From assembly GCA_022769665.1 (NCBI GenBank), contig JALEIR010000066.1, positions 3,723 through 67,722 of the forward strand: a DNA stretch of 64,000 nt, given 5' to 3'. The stretch is from Lachnospiraceae bacterium. GTDB lineage: Bacteria; Bacillota; Clostridia; Lachnospirales; Lachnospiraceae. Below are positions 1 to 10,411 of the stretch, piece by piece (position 1 is the first letter of the stretch; the number at the start of each line of letters is the position of its first letter). Under the pieces are notes generated by a model, which did not search any database, was not told where the DNA came from, and saw only the letters and a program-made list of their open reading frames with translations. The position numbers were made by a program, and so were the translations under genes.

Positions 1-1
1 T

Positions 2-238
2 TTTTCGGGACAGATTATTCCTCTTCCGTTTTTCCCGGAAAGAATACAGAGGATTTTAGAACTGAATCCTTTTGCATCCATGGGAAATGTACCGTTTCGA
101 ATATACAGCGGAAATCTTGAAGGGCAGGAGATGAACAAGGCAATCGTGATACAGATTCTTTGGCTGATTGCTTTGATAGGCTTGGGTAAACTGATAGGAG
201 CAAGGGGTGAAAGAAGGGCAATCGTACAAGGTGGTTGA
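2..238 (+). CDS. ABC-2 family (DUF990-like) permease, C-terminal fragment (5' truncated by window)
   Basis: Own translation from nt 2 gives FSGQIIPLPFFPERIQRILELNPFASMGNVPFRIYSG...AIVQGG*, the typical C-terminus of paired DUF990-type permeases. A second permease follows. Confidence 0.8.
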   Translation, partial: FSGQIIPLPFFPERIQRILELNPFASMGNVPFRIYSGNLEGQEMNKAIVIQILWLIALIGLGKLIGARGERRAIVQGG

Positions 239-322
239 CAATGCGGCAGAGCATCGCGATGCTTGTCTTTTTGATAATGATAAACTGCTGTAAAAGGCGG
301 AGAGAGGAGAAAAATTCATAAC

Positions 323-1123
323 ATGAAAAAACAGAAAGTCTGTGGACTTAAACTATATTTACATTATTTGTCCATAATATGCAGAAGTGCCATGCAGTAT
401 AAGGCATCTTTTTTACTGATGGCAATAGGACAGTTTTTGGTATCATTCAGTGTGTTTTTGGGTGTTTATTTTATGTTTCAGAGGTTTTCCAACGTGAAAG
501 GCTTTACCTACAGCGAGGTGTTGTTGTGCTTTTCTGTTATGCTCATGGAGTTTTCTCTGGCTGAAATCTGGGCAAGAGGATTTGATACTTTTCCCTCTAT
601 GATAAGACAGGGAACCTTTGACCGTGTGCTGTTACGTCCCAGAAGCGAAGTACTGCAGGTGCTTGGGAGCAAATTTGAATTGGTCAGAATCGGGAAAGTC
701 TTACAGGCTGTTGTTATGTTTGTGTACGGTATGATTCATGTGGATGTACAGTGGACAGCAGCAAAGGCGTTGACAGTTGTATTTATGCTGATTGGAGGAA
801 CCGGGTTATTTACAGGTCTGTTTATGATCTATGCAGCGCTAAGTTTCTTTACCTTAGACGGATTGGAATTCATGAATCTGTTTACGGACGGAGCAAGAGA
901 ATATGGCAAATATCCTTTCGGAGTATATGGTAAAAGGATGCTTCAGCTGACGACTTTTGTGATTCCCTATGCGTTGGTACAGCATTATCCTTTACTGTAT
1001 ATTTTGGACAGGAGGGATAATCCGGTATACATATTCGTTCCGCTGATGGCTCTTTGGTTTTTGATCCCTTCATATGCACTGTGGCGTTATGGAGTGAGAA
1101 AGTACAAATCCAGCGGATCATGA
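323..1123 (+). CDS. ABC-2 family transporter permease (DUF990-like)
   Basis: 266 aa, multiple hydrophobic segments, motifs GTFDRVLLRP and GKYPFGVY. Confidence 0.85.
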   Translation: MKKQKVCGLKLYLHYLSIICRSAMQYKASFLLMAIGQFLVSFSVFLGVYFMFQRFSNVKGFTYSEVLLCFSVMLMEFSLAEIWARGFDTFPSMIRQGTFDRVLLRPRSEVLQVLGSKFELVRIGKVLQAVVMFVYGMIHVDVQWTAAKALTVVFMLIGGTGLFTGLFMIYAALSFFTLDGLEFMNLFTDGAREYGKYPFGVYGKRMLQLTTFVIPYALVQHYPLLYILDRRDNPVYIFVPLMALWFLIPSYALWRYGVRKYKSSGS

Positions 1124-1197
1124 TTTTTTAAGAAAATCAGATTCGGTTTTGGTAAAAACAGATAAAAACAGGAAACCGAAATTGTGAAAATAGTTTC

Positions 1198-1226
1198 TTG
1201 TACGAAAATAAGTACAATGTTATAAT
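1198..1226 (+). promoter_or_regulatory. sigma-A promoter of the TetR-galactosidase operon
   Basis: TTGTAC (1198-1203)-N17-TATAAT (1221-1226) with extended -10 TG. Confidence 0.7.
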
Positions 1227-1263
1227 AGAGGAAACCAAAAATATAAAAAGGGTTTCCTCTATT
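1224..1263. promoter_or_regulatory. 13-bp inverted repeat, candidate TetR operator
   Basis: AATAGAGGAAACC (1224-1236) / GGTTTCCTCTATT (1251-1263) overlaps the -10/+1 region upstream of the TetR gene. Confidence 0.55.
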
Positions 1264-1339
1264 TTTAATTTCGGTACGGAAATTTTAAGATGAATGAAAT
1301 GAAAGAATATTGCCTGGGGAGGGAAGGAATAAGCGGAAG

Positions 1340-1900
1340 ATGGAATTAAAGGAAATGATTTTGGAAGGCACACTGGAAGTATTTAACAGAAAAGGAATCA
1401 AATTTACTATGGACGATATTGCGAAAGCGCTTAATATCAGTAAGAAGACTATATACACGGTTTTTGATGATAAAGAGAGCTTGTTTATGGCTATGGTGGA
1501 TTACCTGTTTGATTCCATTAAAGAGAGCGAGAAACAAGTCCTTTTGGATGAAAGCCTGAATACACAGGAAAAAATCAGAAAAATTTTGGGGGTTATGCCG
1601 GAGAGCTATAAAAATGTGGATTTCAGGCAGCTCTATATGCTGAGGGATAAATATCCTGCCATTTATGAAAGAGTGGAAGAAAGGCTTGAAACCGGCTGGG
1701 AAAGTACGATTGCGCTGTTGGAACAGGGAATACGGGAAGGCGTTATACGAAAGGTAAATATATCTATTGTTAAAATGATGTTGGAAGCATCCTTGGAACA
1801 GTTTTTTCAAAGGGATATTCTAATCAGAAATGATATGAGGTATACGGATGCATTGGATGAGGTGGTTCATGTAATTATGGACGGAATCACAGCAAGATAA
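1340..1900 (+). CDS. TetR/AcrR family transcriptional regulator
   Basis: N-terminal HTH FNRKGIKFTMDDIAKALNISKKTIY. ATG at 1340 chosen over the upstream start at 1310. Confidence 0.9.
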   Translation: MELKEMILEGTLEVFNRKGIKFTMDDIAKALNISKKTIYTVFDDKESLFMAMVDYLFDSIKESEKQVLLDESLNTQEKIRKILGVMPESYKNVDFRQLYMLRDKYPAIYERVEERLETGWESTIALLEQGIREGVIRKVNISIVKMMLEASLEQFFQRDILIRNDMRYTDALDEVVHVIMDGITAR

Positions 1901-1924
1901 TGATGGAAAGGGAAAGAGCCGAAA

Positions 1925-4432
1925 ATGAACAGAATTTATTTAAATGAAGGTTGGAAGTTTACAAGTGAATTTTCAGAGGAATTACTGAAGGCCGATTGTA
2001 AAGAAAATGAAATGACAGGTGTCAGGATACCTCACACGGTGAAAGAGACCCCTTTTTCCTATTTTGATGAGTCGGAATATCAGATGGTGAGCGGTTATCG
2101 TCGTATCCTTTCAATACCGGAAGAATGGCGGGGTAAAAAGCTATTGCTCACCTTTGAAGGAGTTGCCCATGACAGCGTTGTATATTGCAACGGTAAAACG
2201 GTGGCAGAACACCATTGCGGTTATACGGCTTTTACGGCAGACATAACATCTGCAGTTCATTACGGACAGGAAAATGTTCTGGTTGTAAAAGTGGACAGTA
2301 GAGAGTCTTTGAATGTGCCACCCTTCGGTTTCGTGATTGATTACATGACATACGGAGGAATTTATCGGGATGTGTATCTGGACGTGAAGGAGCCGCGTTA
2401 CATGAAGGATGCTTTTCATTATTGTCGATTCGATGAAAACAGTATTTTTCATGGAACTGAAAGTGTGTCGGATTTCACACTGGTTTCGGAATATGAGATA
2501 AGTGTAGACTGTCAGGATAAGGAGTCTTTTCTGAAACTGTATTTGAGAGATTCAAATAAAGAGGAGGTATTGCTTGGGGAGAAGACGGTGCAAAAGGTTT
2601 CGGAATTTTCGGTAAGTGATACGGAAGAAGAAAAAAATGCAAGGACAGTAAAGGTTGTGTTGCAGACCACGCCGGATGAGGTTATGCTTTGGGACACGGA
2701 ACATCCCGTGCTTTACACGTTGATTACGCGTCTTTATGCGGGAGAAGCGTTGTTGGATGAAAGGCAGGTCCCCTTTGGATTCCGAAAGGCAGAATTTCGG
2801 CAGGATGGATTTTATCTGAATGAATGTAAGGTAAAGTTACGTGGCTTAAACAGACATCAGAGCTATCCTTATGTGGGATATGCTATGCCGAAGTCTATGC
2901 AGAAACTGGATGCTGATATTTTAAAGAAAGAACTTGGGGTAAATGCGGTTCGTACTTCACATTATCCCCAGAGCCACTACTTTTTGCAGGAATGTGATGA
3001 AATTGGGCTTCTTGTATTCACGGAAATTCCGGGCTGGCAGCATATCGGAGATGAAGACTGGAAAGAACAGGCAATCCGAAATACGGAGGATATGGTGAAG
3101 CAGTACCGAAATCATCCCTCCATTGTACTTTGGGGAGTCAGAATCAATGAGTCTCAGGATGATGATGCATTTTACGAAAGAACCAATGACGCAGCACATC
3201 GCCTTGATCCTTCCAGACAGACAGGTGGCGTCAGAGCAAACAAAAAAAGCAGTCTGTTGGAGGATGTATACACCTATAATGATTTCGTGCACGACGGCAG
3301 TAACAAAGGCTGTGAGCCGAAGAAAAAGGTGACTTCAGACAGAAAGAAGGGATATCTGGTTAGCGAATATAACGGACATATGTATCCCACAAAGTCCTTT
3401 GATTCTGAGGAACACAGAAGAGAGCATGCGATACGTCATGCGACGGTTTTAAATGCCATCGGCGGAGAAGAGGATATTGCCGGCAGTTTTGGATGGTGTA
3501 TGTTTGATTATAACACTCACAAGGATTTTGGAAGCGGTGACCGAATCTGTTATCACGGTGTTACGGATATGTTCAGAAATCCTAAGGAAGCGGCATATGT
3601 TTATGCCTGCCAACAGGAAAAAGAGATTGTTCTTGAAACCGGTTCCTCCATGGATATTGGCGAACATCCGGGATGTAACAGAGGCACTGTCTGGATGTAT
3701 ACAAATGCGGAAAGCGTGAGGGTATACAAGAATGACAGATTTTTAAAAGAATACTTTTGCAGTGAGTCTCCGTTCAAATATTTAAAACATGGTCCGATTG
3801 CAATGGATGATTTTCTGGGAAAGGTGCTTTCGGAAGAAGAGCATTTTAAACCGGGACAAGAAAAAGCATTGAAAGAAATTCTGAATTGGGTAGCTTTGTA
3901 TGGATTGAATCATTTTACTCCAAGGATATACCTGATTGTTCTGAAACTGGTTCTGGTCTATCATATGAAGCCTTCGCAGGTGGTAGACCTTTACACAAAA
4001 TATATCGGTGATTGGGGCGGAACTTCAACAGTATACCGTTTTGAAGCGATACGAAGCGGAAACGTTGTAAAGAAAATCATCAAAGAGCCGATGAGGGAGA
4101 TAAGTCTGTTGTGCATCCCCGACCATTCCGTGCTGGTGGAAGAGAATTCTTATGATGTGGCATTGGTTCGTATTAAGGCTGTGGATCAGAACGGAAATAT
4201 ACTTACCTTCTTCAACGAGCCGATACAGCTTGAGACGGATGGCGATATTGAACTGGTAGGTCCCGATTGTATTTCTCTAAAAGGAGGCATGGGAGGTACC
4301 TATGTAAAGAGCCGGGGAAAGAACGGGAAGGGCTTCTTAAGAATAAAGAGTAATCGGACAGAAACGTATTGCATTGATTTTAAGGTGTCTTTGTGGGATA
4401 AGGAGGAACAAAAAAATGAAATTGACGGTTAA
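1925..4432 (+). CDS. GH2 beta-galactosidase
   Basis: GH2 motifs: LRGLNRHQ, RTSHYP, acid/base INES, nucleophile region SEYNGH. Confidence 0.9.
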   Translation: MNRIYLNEGWKFTSEFSEELLKADCKENEMTGVRIPHTVKETPFSYFDESEYQMVSGYRRILSIPEEWRGKKLLLTFEGVAHDSVVYCNGKTVAEHHCGYTAFTADITSAVHYGQENVLVVKVDSRESLNVPPFGFVIDYMTYGGIYRDVYLDVKEPRYMKDAFHYCRFDENSIFHGTESVSDFTLVSEYEISVDCQDKESFLKLYLRDSNKEEVLLGEKTVQKVSEFSVSDTEEEKNARTVKVVLQTTPDEVMLWDTEHPVLYTLITRLYAGEALLDERQVPFGFRKAEFRQDGFYLNECKVKLRGLNRHQSYPYVGYAMPKSMQKLDADILKKELGVNAVRTSHYPQSHYFLQECDEIGLLVFTEIPGWQHIGDEDWKEQAIRNTEDMVKQYRNHPSIVLWGVRINESQDDDAFYERTNDAAHRLDPSRQTGGVRANKKSSLLEDVYTYNDFVHDGSNKGCEPKKKVTSDRKKGYLVSEYNGHMYPTKSFDSEEHRREHAIRHATVLNAIGGEEDIAGSFGWCMFDYNTHKDFGSGDRICYHGVTDMFRNPKEAAYVYACQQEKEIVLETGSSMDIGEHPGCNRGTVWMYTNAESVRVYKNDRFLKEYFCSESPFKYLKHGPIAMDDFLGKVLSEEEHFKPGQEKALKEILNWVALYGLNHFTPRIYLIVLKLVLVYHMKPSQVVDLYTKYIGDWGGTSTVYRFEAIRSGNVVKKIIKEPMREISLLCIPDHSVLVEENSYDVALVRIKAVDQNGNILTFFNEPIQLETDGDIELVGPDCISLKGGMGGTYVKSRGKNGKGFLRIKSNRTETYCIDFKVSLWDKEEQKNEIDG

Positions 4433-5819
4433 GGAGAAGGTTTCATACGGTTTGGGAGCCGTTGGCAAGGATATGGTCTACATGCTTTCGGCAAGTTATA
4501 TTTTGTATTATTATCAGGATCTTTTGGGTGTGAAAGCCTATGTTATGGGAATTATTCTGCTTGCGGCAAGAGTGTTTGATGCCTTTAACGATCCCATCAT
4601 GGGTGTTTTGGTTGCGAAGACAAAAACCAAGTGGGGGAAGTTCCGCCCATGGCTTCTCATCGGAACGATTCTGAACGCTGTTGTACTTTATTTTATGTTT
4701 GCGGCGCCGCCTGCTTTGGATGGAGCCGGACTGGCTGCTTATGCGGCAATCTTTTATGTGTTGTGGGGAGTTACCTATACTATGATGGATATCCCTTACT
4801 GGTCCATGATTCCGGCCTTTACCGAGGGTGGTAAGGAGAGAGAGGGACTTTCCACTTTGGCGCGTTCCTGCGCGGGAGTCGGTTCCGCCTTAATCATTAT
4901 TTTGACAATGAAATGTGTCCCTGCACTGGGTAGGCTGTTTGGCGGTGATTTCATTTCCGAAAATGATGCGGAAAGGTATGGTTTTCAGTATTTCTCTCTG
5001 ATTATTGCTGTTTTGTTTGTGATATTTATCACAATCTGCTGTTGGAATATCAAAGAAAAATCAACCGTAAATGTTGAGGCTCCTTCCGTCGGTCAAATGT
5101 TTAAGACACTGCTTCAAAATGATCAGGCAATGACAGTGGTAATTGCCATTGTATTGATTAATTGCTCTATTTATATTACGTCTAATTTGGTGATTTATTT
5201 CTTTAAGTATGATTTCGGCGGGGCAGGATGGAACAACAGTTATGTTCTGTTTAACACCTTTGGCGGTGGAGTACAGATATTGGCCATGATGATCTTATAT
5301 CCGTTGCTACGCAAGGCTTTCAGTACAATTAACGTATTTTATCTGAGTCTGTTCGGAGCGGTTTTAGGATATGCCACTTTACTTATTTTGGCATTTACCA
5401 ATATGTCTAATGTATTTTTATTGTTTATTCCGGGCTTTTTCATATTTGCCGCAAACGGAATTCTTTCTGTGTTAACGACTGTTTTCCTGGCCAATACGGT
5501 GGATTACGGAGAATTGAAAAATAACAGGCGAGACGAGAGCGTGATATTTTCCATGCAGACTTTTGTGGTAAAGCTTGCTTCCGGTGTGGCTGCGCTGATA
5601 GCATCTGTATGTCTGTCTGTTTTCAATCTGAACAACGATACGGAAGCTGTTGTGGAACATGTGGCAAGCAGCAGTGTAATCGGACTGAGAATGACTATGA
5701 CAGTCATTCCCATGATTGGGTTGTTTATTGCAGCTGCTTATTTCAAGAAAAAGTTTTTACTGACTGAGGAAAAGGTTGAGGAGATTGCAGGGCAGCTAAA
5801 AGAAAGAAGAGAAGCATAA
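4416..5819 (+). CDS. Glycoside-pentoside-hexuronide:cation symporter (MelB-like)
   Basis: RBS AGGAGG then ATG at 4416. Motifs RVFDAFNDPIMG, KWGKFRPW, DIPYWSM, RRDES; about 12 TM segments. Confidence 0.9.
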   Translation: MKLTVKEKVSYGLGAVGKDMVYMLSASYILYYYQDLLGVKAYVMGIILLAARVFDAFNDPIMGVLVAKTKTKWGKFRPWLLIGTILNAVVLYFMFAAPPALDGAGLAAYAAIFYVLWGVTYTMMDIPYWSMIPAFTEGGKEREGLSTLARSCAGVGSALIIILTMKCVPALGRLFGGDFISENDAERYGFQYFSLIIAVLFVIFITICCWNIKEKSTVNVEAPSVGQMFKTLLQNDQAMTVVIAIVLINCSIYITSNLVIYFFKYDFGGAGWNNSYVLFNTFGGGVQILAMMILYPLLRKAFSTINVFYLSLFGAVLGYATLLILAFTNMSNVFLLFIPGFFIFAANGILSVLTTVFLANTVDYGELKNNRRDESVIFSMQTFVVKLASGVAALIASVCLSVFNLNNDTEAVVEHVASSSVIGLRMTMTVIPMIGLFIAAAYFKKKFLLTEEKVEEIAGQLKERREA

Positions 5820-5832
5820 ATAGTGTGGAAAG

Positions 5833-8232
5833 GTGTTTTGTATGATTACGGAGAATCAAGGTGTTTTTTCATTGAGTACGGAGCATACCTCCTATCTGTT
5901 CGAAATCATGGAGACAGGTCATCCGGAGCATCTGTATTACGGAAGAAAGATTCATTTTAAGGATGTGGAGGCTTTGCGGGAAAAGTATGCGTTTATAACC
6001 GGAAATACTGTCTGGTATGATGATGCGCATAAAAATCTGACCTTGGAAAATGTATGTCTGGAAATGTCCTCCTATGGAAAAGGTGACATCAGAGAGCCTT
6101 TTTTGGAAGTGATTCATTCGGACGGTAGTTTTACATCAGACTTTTTATATGAATCCTTTTGCATTACGGAGGAAAAAGAAGCATACAGGACATTGCCGGG
6201 GTCCTACAGTGAAGACGGACATGTGGAGCATCTATGCGTAAGATTCAGAGATAAAGGCTACCGTCTTGTTTTGGAATTGCATTATTATGTATATCCTGAA
6301 TGTGATGTAATTACGAGAAGTGCAAAGCTGTTCAATGAAAGTGAGGAAACAGTAACTCTGAAACGGATGATGAGTTTACAGCTTGATTTTCCCACATCAG
6401 ATTTTGTGTTTAGCTCCTTTGGTGGAGGTTGGGCCAGAGAGATGAAACGGACGGATGTATTTCTTCAGTCCGGAAAACATGTTAACGCTTCCTATACGGG
6501 AACTTCCTCCGGCAGGTCAAATCCCTTTGTGATGCTTTCCAAAGAGCATACTACAGAGGACGCGGGAGAATGTTACGGATTGAATTTAATCTACAGCGGG
6601 AATCATTATGAAGCAGCTGAGGTCAATGCTTTCGGAAAAACCAGAGTGATTGCAGGTATGAATCCACAGTCTTTTGCCTGGGTGTTAAAGGCCGGAGAGA
6701 GTTTTGAGGCTCCTGAAGCCGTGATGACCTTTTCCTGTGACGGGTTTAACGGTATGAGCAAAAACATGCATCAATTTGTCAGAGAACATATTGTGAGGGG
6801 TGAATGGAAAAAGAAAATACGCCCGGTACTTTTAAACAGTTGGGAAGCCGCATATTTTGATATTGACGAGAAGAAACTGTTGCGACTGGCGAAGGCGGGG
6901 AAGGATGTTGGAATTGAGCTGTTTGTCATGGATGACGGTTGGTTCGGCGAACGAACGGATGACAGCAAGGCACTGGGGGACTGGCAGGTAAATGAAAAGA
7001 AACTGCCCCAAGGCTTAAAAGGGCTTTGCAATAAGGTGAAGGCACTGGGATTGGATTTTGGTATCTGGGTGGAACCGGAGATGGTGAATGTACAGAGCAA
7101 TCTGTATCGGAAGCATCCGGAATGGGTAATGGAAATACCGGGTATGCAGCATTCGGAAGGACGAAATCAGCGGATTTTGGATTTGTGCAATCCGGAGGTG
7201 CAGGAATTTATCATTGATGAAATGACAAAGGTTTTTTCCTCCGCAGAAATATCTTATGTAAAATGGGATATGAATCGGAACTTTTCGGATGTTTATTCAA
7301 AATATCTGGAGACGAATCAACAGGGAGAAGTTTTTCACCGTTATGTGTGCGGTCTTTACCGATGCATGAAAGAACTGACAGAGCGCTTTCCGAAGATTTT
7401 GTTTGAGGGATGCAGTGCCGGAGGAAATCGCTTTGACTTGGGAATACTTTGTTATTTCCCTCAAATATGGGCAAGCGATAATACGGATGCATTGTGCAGG
7501 GCAGAGATACAGAACGGTTACAGTTACGGCTATCCCATGTCGACGGTAAGCGCTCATGTTTCATCCTGTCCCAACCATCAAACCCTGCGAATAACGCCTA
7601 TCGAGACAAGGTTTCATGTAGCTGCTTTCGGAATTTGCGGTTATGAATGTAATCTATGCGATATGAAGAAGGAAGAACTGGCGGCTGTAAAAGCGCAGAT
7701 AGAGTTGTATAAGCAGTGGAGAGAGGTATTGCAGTTCGGTGATTTTTACCGGGGAAGAAGCTTTGCCGGAGAGTGTGGCTACGGGTATCATTCGACAATC
7801 GGCATCAGCACGGAAAACACTATGGAATGGACCTGTGTCGCGCCGGACAAAAAGAGAGCCGTAGGTATGTTGCTGCAAAAGCTTGTCATTCCAAACAATC
7901 CTTATGCTTGCTATCAGGCAAAGGGACTCTTGGAGGACAGTCTTTATCATTTTTATAATCGAAGTCTGAAATATAATATCAAGAGCTTCGGAGATCTTGT
8001 GAATACGGTGTCCCCGGTTCACATCAGGCAGGAATCCCTGACCCAGGAAATTGTGGCTAAATTTGTGAAAATGGAAGGAGAGACGGAGGATTGTACGGTT
8101 TACGGAGATGAATTGATGTATCACGGAGTTAAGCTGAAACAAGCCTTTGCGGGTACAGGTTACAATGAAGAAGTTAGATTTTATCAGGATTTCGGATCCA
8201 GAATGTATTTTATGGAAAAGGAGGATACTTGA
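5833..8232 (+). CDS. GH36 alpha-galactosidase
   Basis: Motifs LNSWEA, MDDGWFG, KWDMNR, SDNTD. Start is 5833 (GTG) or 5842 (ATG). Confidence 0.92.
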   Translation: MFCMITENQGVFSLSTEHTSYLFEIMETGHPEHLYYGRKIHFKDVEALREKYAFITGNTVWYDDAHKNLTLENVCLEMSSYGKGDIREPFLEVIHSDGSFTSDFLYESFCITEEKEAYRTLPGSYSEDGHVEHLCVRFRDKGYRLVLELHYYVYPECDVITRSAKLFNESEETVTLKRMMSLQLDFPTSDFVFSSFGGGWAREMKRTDVFLQSGKHVNASYTGTSSGRSNPFVMLSKEHTTEDAGECYGLNLIYSGNHYEAAEVNAFGKTRVIAGMNPQSFAWVLKAGESFEAPEAVMTFSCDGFNGMSKNMHQFVREHIVRGEWKKKIRPVLLNSWEAAYFDIDEKKLLRLAKAGKDVGIELFVMDDGWFGERTDDSKALGDWQVNEKKLPQGLKGLCNKVKALGLDFGIWVEPEMVNVQSNLYRKHPEWVMEIPGMQHSEGRNQRILDLCNPEVQEFIIDEMTKVFSSAEISYVKWDMNRNFSDVYSKYLETNQQGEVFHRYVCGLYRCMKELTERFPKILFEGCSAGGNRFDLGILCYFPQIWASDNTDALCRAEIQNGYSYGYPMSTVSAHVSSCPNHQTLRITPIETRFHVAAFGICGYECNLCDMKKEELAAVKAQIELYKQWREVLQFGDFYRGRSFAGECGYGYHSTIGISTENTMEWTCVAPDKKRAVGMLLQKLVIPNNPYACYQAKGLLEDSLYHFYNRSLKYNIKSFGDLVNTVSPVHIRQESLTQEIVAKFVKMEGETEDCTVYGDELMYHGVKLKQAFAGTGYNEEVRFYQDFGSRMYFMEKEDT

Positions 8233-8273
8233 CAGAATATATCCGATACAAGTATGATACAACTCTGAGACAT
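8229..8273 (+). promoter_or_regulatory. Promoter of the two-component operon with 11-bp-period direct repeats
   Basis: TTGACA (8229-8234)-N18-TATGAT (8253-8258). GATACAA at 8245 and 8256, GAGACAT at 8267. Confidence 0.55.
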
Positions 8274-8310
8274 ATTTAAAAGAGAGAGAATATGTCAAAG
8301 AGGTGCGGAT

Positions 8311-8967
8311 ATGATGAAAATATTGATTGCAGAGGATGAAGAGCCTATTGCAAATCTGATAAAAATGAATTTGCGCAGAGCGGGATATGATTGTATCTGG
8401 GCAGCTGACGGTGAAAAAGCGGCGGATTTGATGGACAGTGAACATTTTGACCTTGTACTGCTGGATATTATGCTCCCCGGTATCGACGGTTATGAACTGA
8501 TGGAGTATGCCAGGACTTTGGAACTCCCGGTTATCTTTTTGACCGCTCTTGGAAGTACGGAAAACAAAGTGAAGGGCTTGAAGATGGGAGCGGATGACTA
8601 CCTGACCAAGCCCTTTGAAATTGTTGAGCTTCTTGCACGTGTGGAAGCAGTGCTTCGGAGATATCATAAGACGGAAGTGACCGTGGAAGTGTTTGACGTG
8701 GTGATTGATACAGCCTCCAGATCTGTAACAAGAGAAGGAAACGAGATTCCCCTGACGATGAAAGAGTTTGATTTGCTGCTTCTTCTTGCAAGAAACCGTA
8801 ACATTGCACTTTACCGGGAAACGATTTATGAGGCGGTATGGGGAGGCGAATACATGGGGCAAAGCAGAACGGTGGATTTACACATTCAGAGATTGAAGAA
8901 AAAATTGGGCTGGGATAAGGAGATATCTGCAGTATACAAAGTGGGTTACCGGCTGGAGATGGAATAG
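8311..8967 (+). CDS. OmpR-family response regulator
   Basis: Receiver domain (AEDE, LLDIMLP, GADDYLTKPF) plus winged helix (RTVDLHIQRLKKK). Confidence 0.95.
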   Translation: MMKILIAEDEEPIANLIKMNLRRAGYDCIWAADGEKAADLMDSEHFDLVLLDIMLPGIDGYELMEYARTLELPVIFLTALGSTENKVKGLKMGADDYLTKPFEIVELLARVEAVLRRYHKTEVTVEVFDVVIDTASRSVTREGNEIPLTMKEFDLLLLLARNRNIALYRETIYEAVWGGEYMGQSRTVDLHIQRLKKKLGWDKEISAVYKVGYRLEME

Positions 8968-8980
8968 GGCGGAGGATAGG

Positions 8981-10411
8981 ATGAAATTTGCAGATAAGCT
9001 TTTTCTTGCCACAACTGCATTGCTGACAGCTATTTTTACGGTTTTTGGTATGTGGATGCTGTCCTCGAATTTTACAAGATTATTGGAAAGAGAAGTGGAA
9101 CGGTGCAACAGTGCAAGCAGAATGTTCCACTTCCTGTTTGAGACGGGATATCAGTCTGCAGAGGAATTCGGGCAGGATTATGCTTTGTATAGAACTTTGG
9201 ACAGTATAACGGAAAGTGTGGAAAGAGACGGAAGTTATTGTTTTGTCCTAAAGGAAGACGGAAGCTGGATGTACGGAAAAAGCTATATGGATGAAAAAAA
9301 TCTTAACGAAGCGGCGAGTGAACTGGCAACGGCATTGAATGAAGAAAATGCTTGTGCGTATGTAATCCGGAAGAATGAGAAAGGGTTTTATCTGTTGACC
9401 GCATGTATGGCAAAAGCAGGGTCACCGGTGATTCTTGGCATTTGCAGTGAATTGACGGATATATATGAAATCAGGCAGGATTTGTTGACGCAGTATCGCA
9501 TGGCTCTTGTTTTCCTGCTTTTGCTGGGAGGTGTATGTATTTATGTGTTATCCAGATATATTACCAGACCTATAAGCCGTCTCGGAAGAACAGCAAAACG
9601 GATTGCGGACGGAGATTATGAACTCAGAAGCGGAAAAAGCGGTACGGATGAAATAGGGCTTCTGGCGCAGGATTTTGACCGGATGGCGGATAGGCTGGTG
9701 GAACAGATGGAAGAAAAGACGTTGGAGGCAAAGCAGAAAGAGGATTTTACTGCGGCTTTTGCCCATGAATTGAAAACACCTTTAACATCTATCATCGGCT
9801 ATGCGGATATGATGAACACCATGAAAATGAGCGAAAATGAGAGAGCAGAAGCAACTTACTATATTTACAGTCAGGGAAAACGTTTGGAAAGTCTTTCACA
9901 CAAGCTTTTGGATTTGGTCAGCATGGACAAGAATCCGGTTATCCTGAAACCTGTTCAGACTAAGGAACTGGAGGAGATGATAAGAGCAACGGTACGTCCT
10001 GTTTGGGAAGAAATAAGCTTACACGGAAAGGTGGAGATGGATAAGGGGATTATCTGCGGGGATCGTGACCTATTACTTTCTTTATTCTTTAATCTTTTGG
10101 ACAATGCCAGGAAGGCTATGGATAAGGGTGAAAAAGGGTTTATTCTTTTGAAAGGAACATCATTGATCGACGGGGGGTATGAGGTCAAGGTGGTGGACAA
10201 TGGCAGGGGTATTCCCAAAGAAGATATCAATCGTATAACAGAAGCGTTTTATATGGTAGACAAGTCCCGTTCCCGAAGGGAAGGCGGCGCGGGAATCGGT
10301 ATGGCACTATGTCAAAAAATCATTAAACTTCACAATGCTACATTACAAATAGACAGCAGATTGGGAGAGGGAACAGTTATGAAGGTTGTATTCCCAAAGA
10401 AAGAGAATTGA
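8981..10411 (+). CDS. HAMP-domain sensor histidine kinase
   Basis: Two TM segments, HAMP domain, H-box AHELKTPL, N-box NLLDNA, G boxes DNGRGI and GAGIG. Confidence 0.95.
   Translation: MKFADKLFLATTALLTAIFTVFGMWMLSSNFTRLLEREVERCNSASRMFHFLFETGYQSAEEFGQDYALYRTLDSITESVERDGSYCFVLKEDGSWMYGKSYMDEKNLNEAASELATALNEENACAYVIRKNEKGFYLLTACMAKAGSPVILGICSELTDIYEIRQDLLTQYRMALVFLLLLGGVCIYVLSRYITRPISRLGRTAKRIADGDYELRSGKSGTDEIGLLAQDFDRMADRLVEQMEEKTLEAKQKEDFTAAFAHELKTPLTSIIGYADMMNTMKMSENERAEATYYIYSQGKRLESLSHKLLDLVSMDKNPVILKPVQTKELEEMIRATVRPVWEEISLHGKVEMDKGIICGDRDLLLSLFFNLLDNARKAMDKGEKGFILLKGTSLIDGGYEVKVVDNGRGIPKEDINRITEAFYMVDKSRSRREGGAGIGMALCQKIIKLHNATLQIDSRLGEGTVMKVVFPKKEN

Noticed and set aside
250-263. Perfect 14-bp palindrome AGCATCGCGATGCT between the two ABC permease genes
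   Set aside because: Isolated, mid-operon, with no promoter context or second copy. Plausibly chance.
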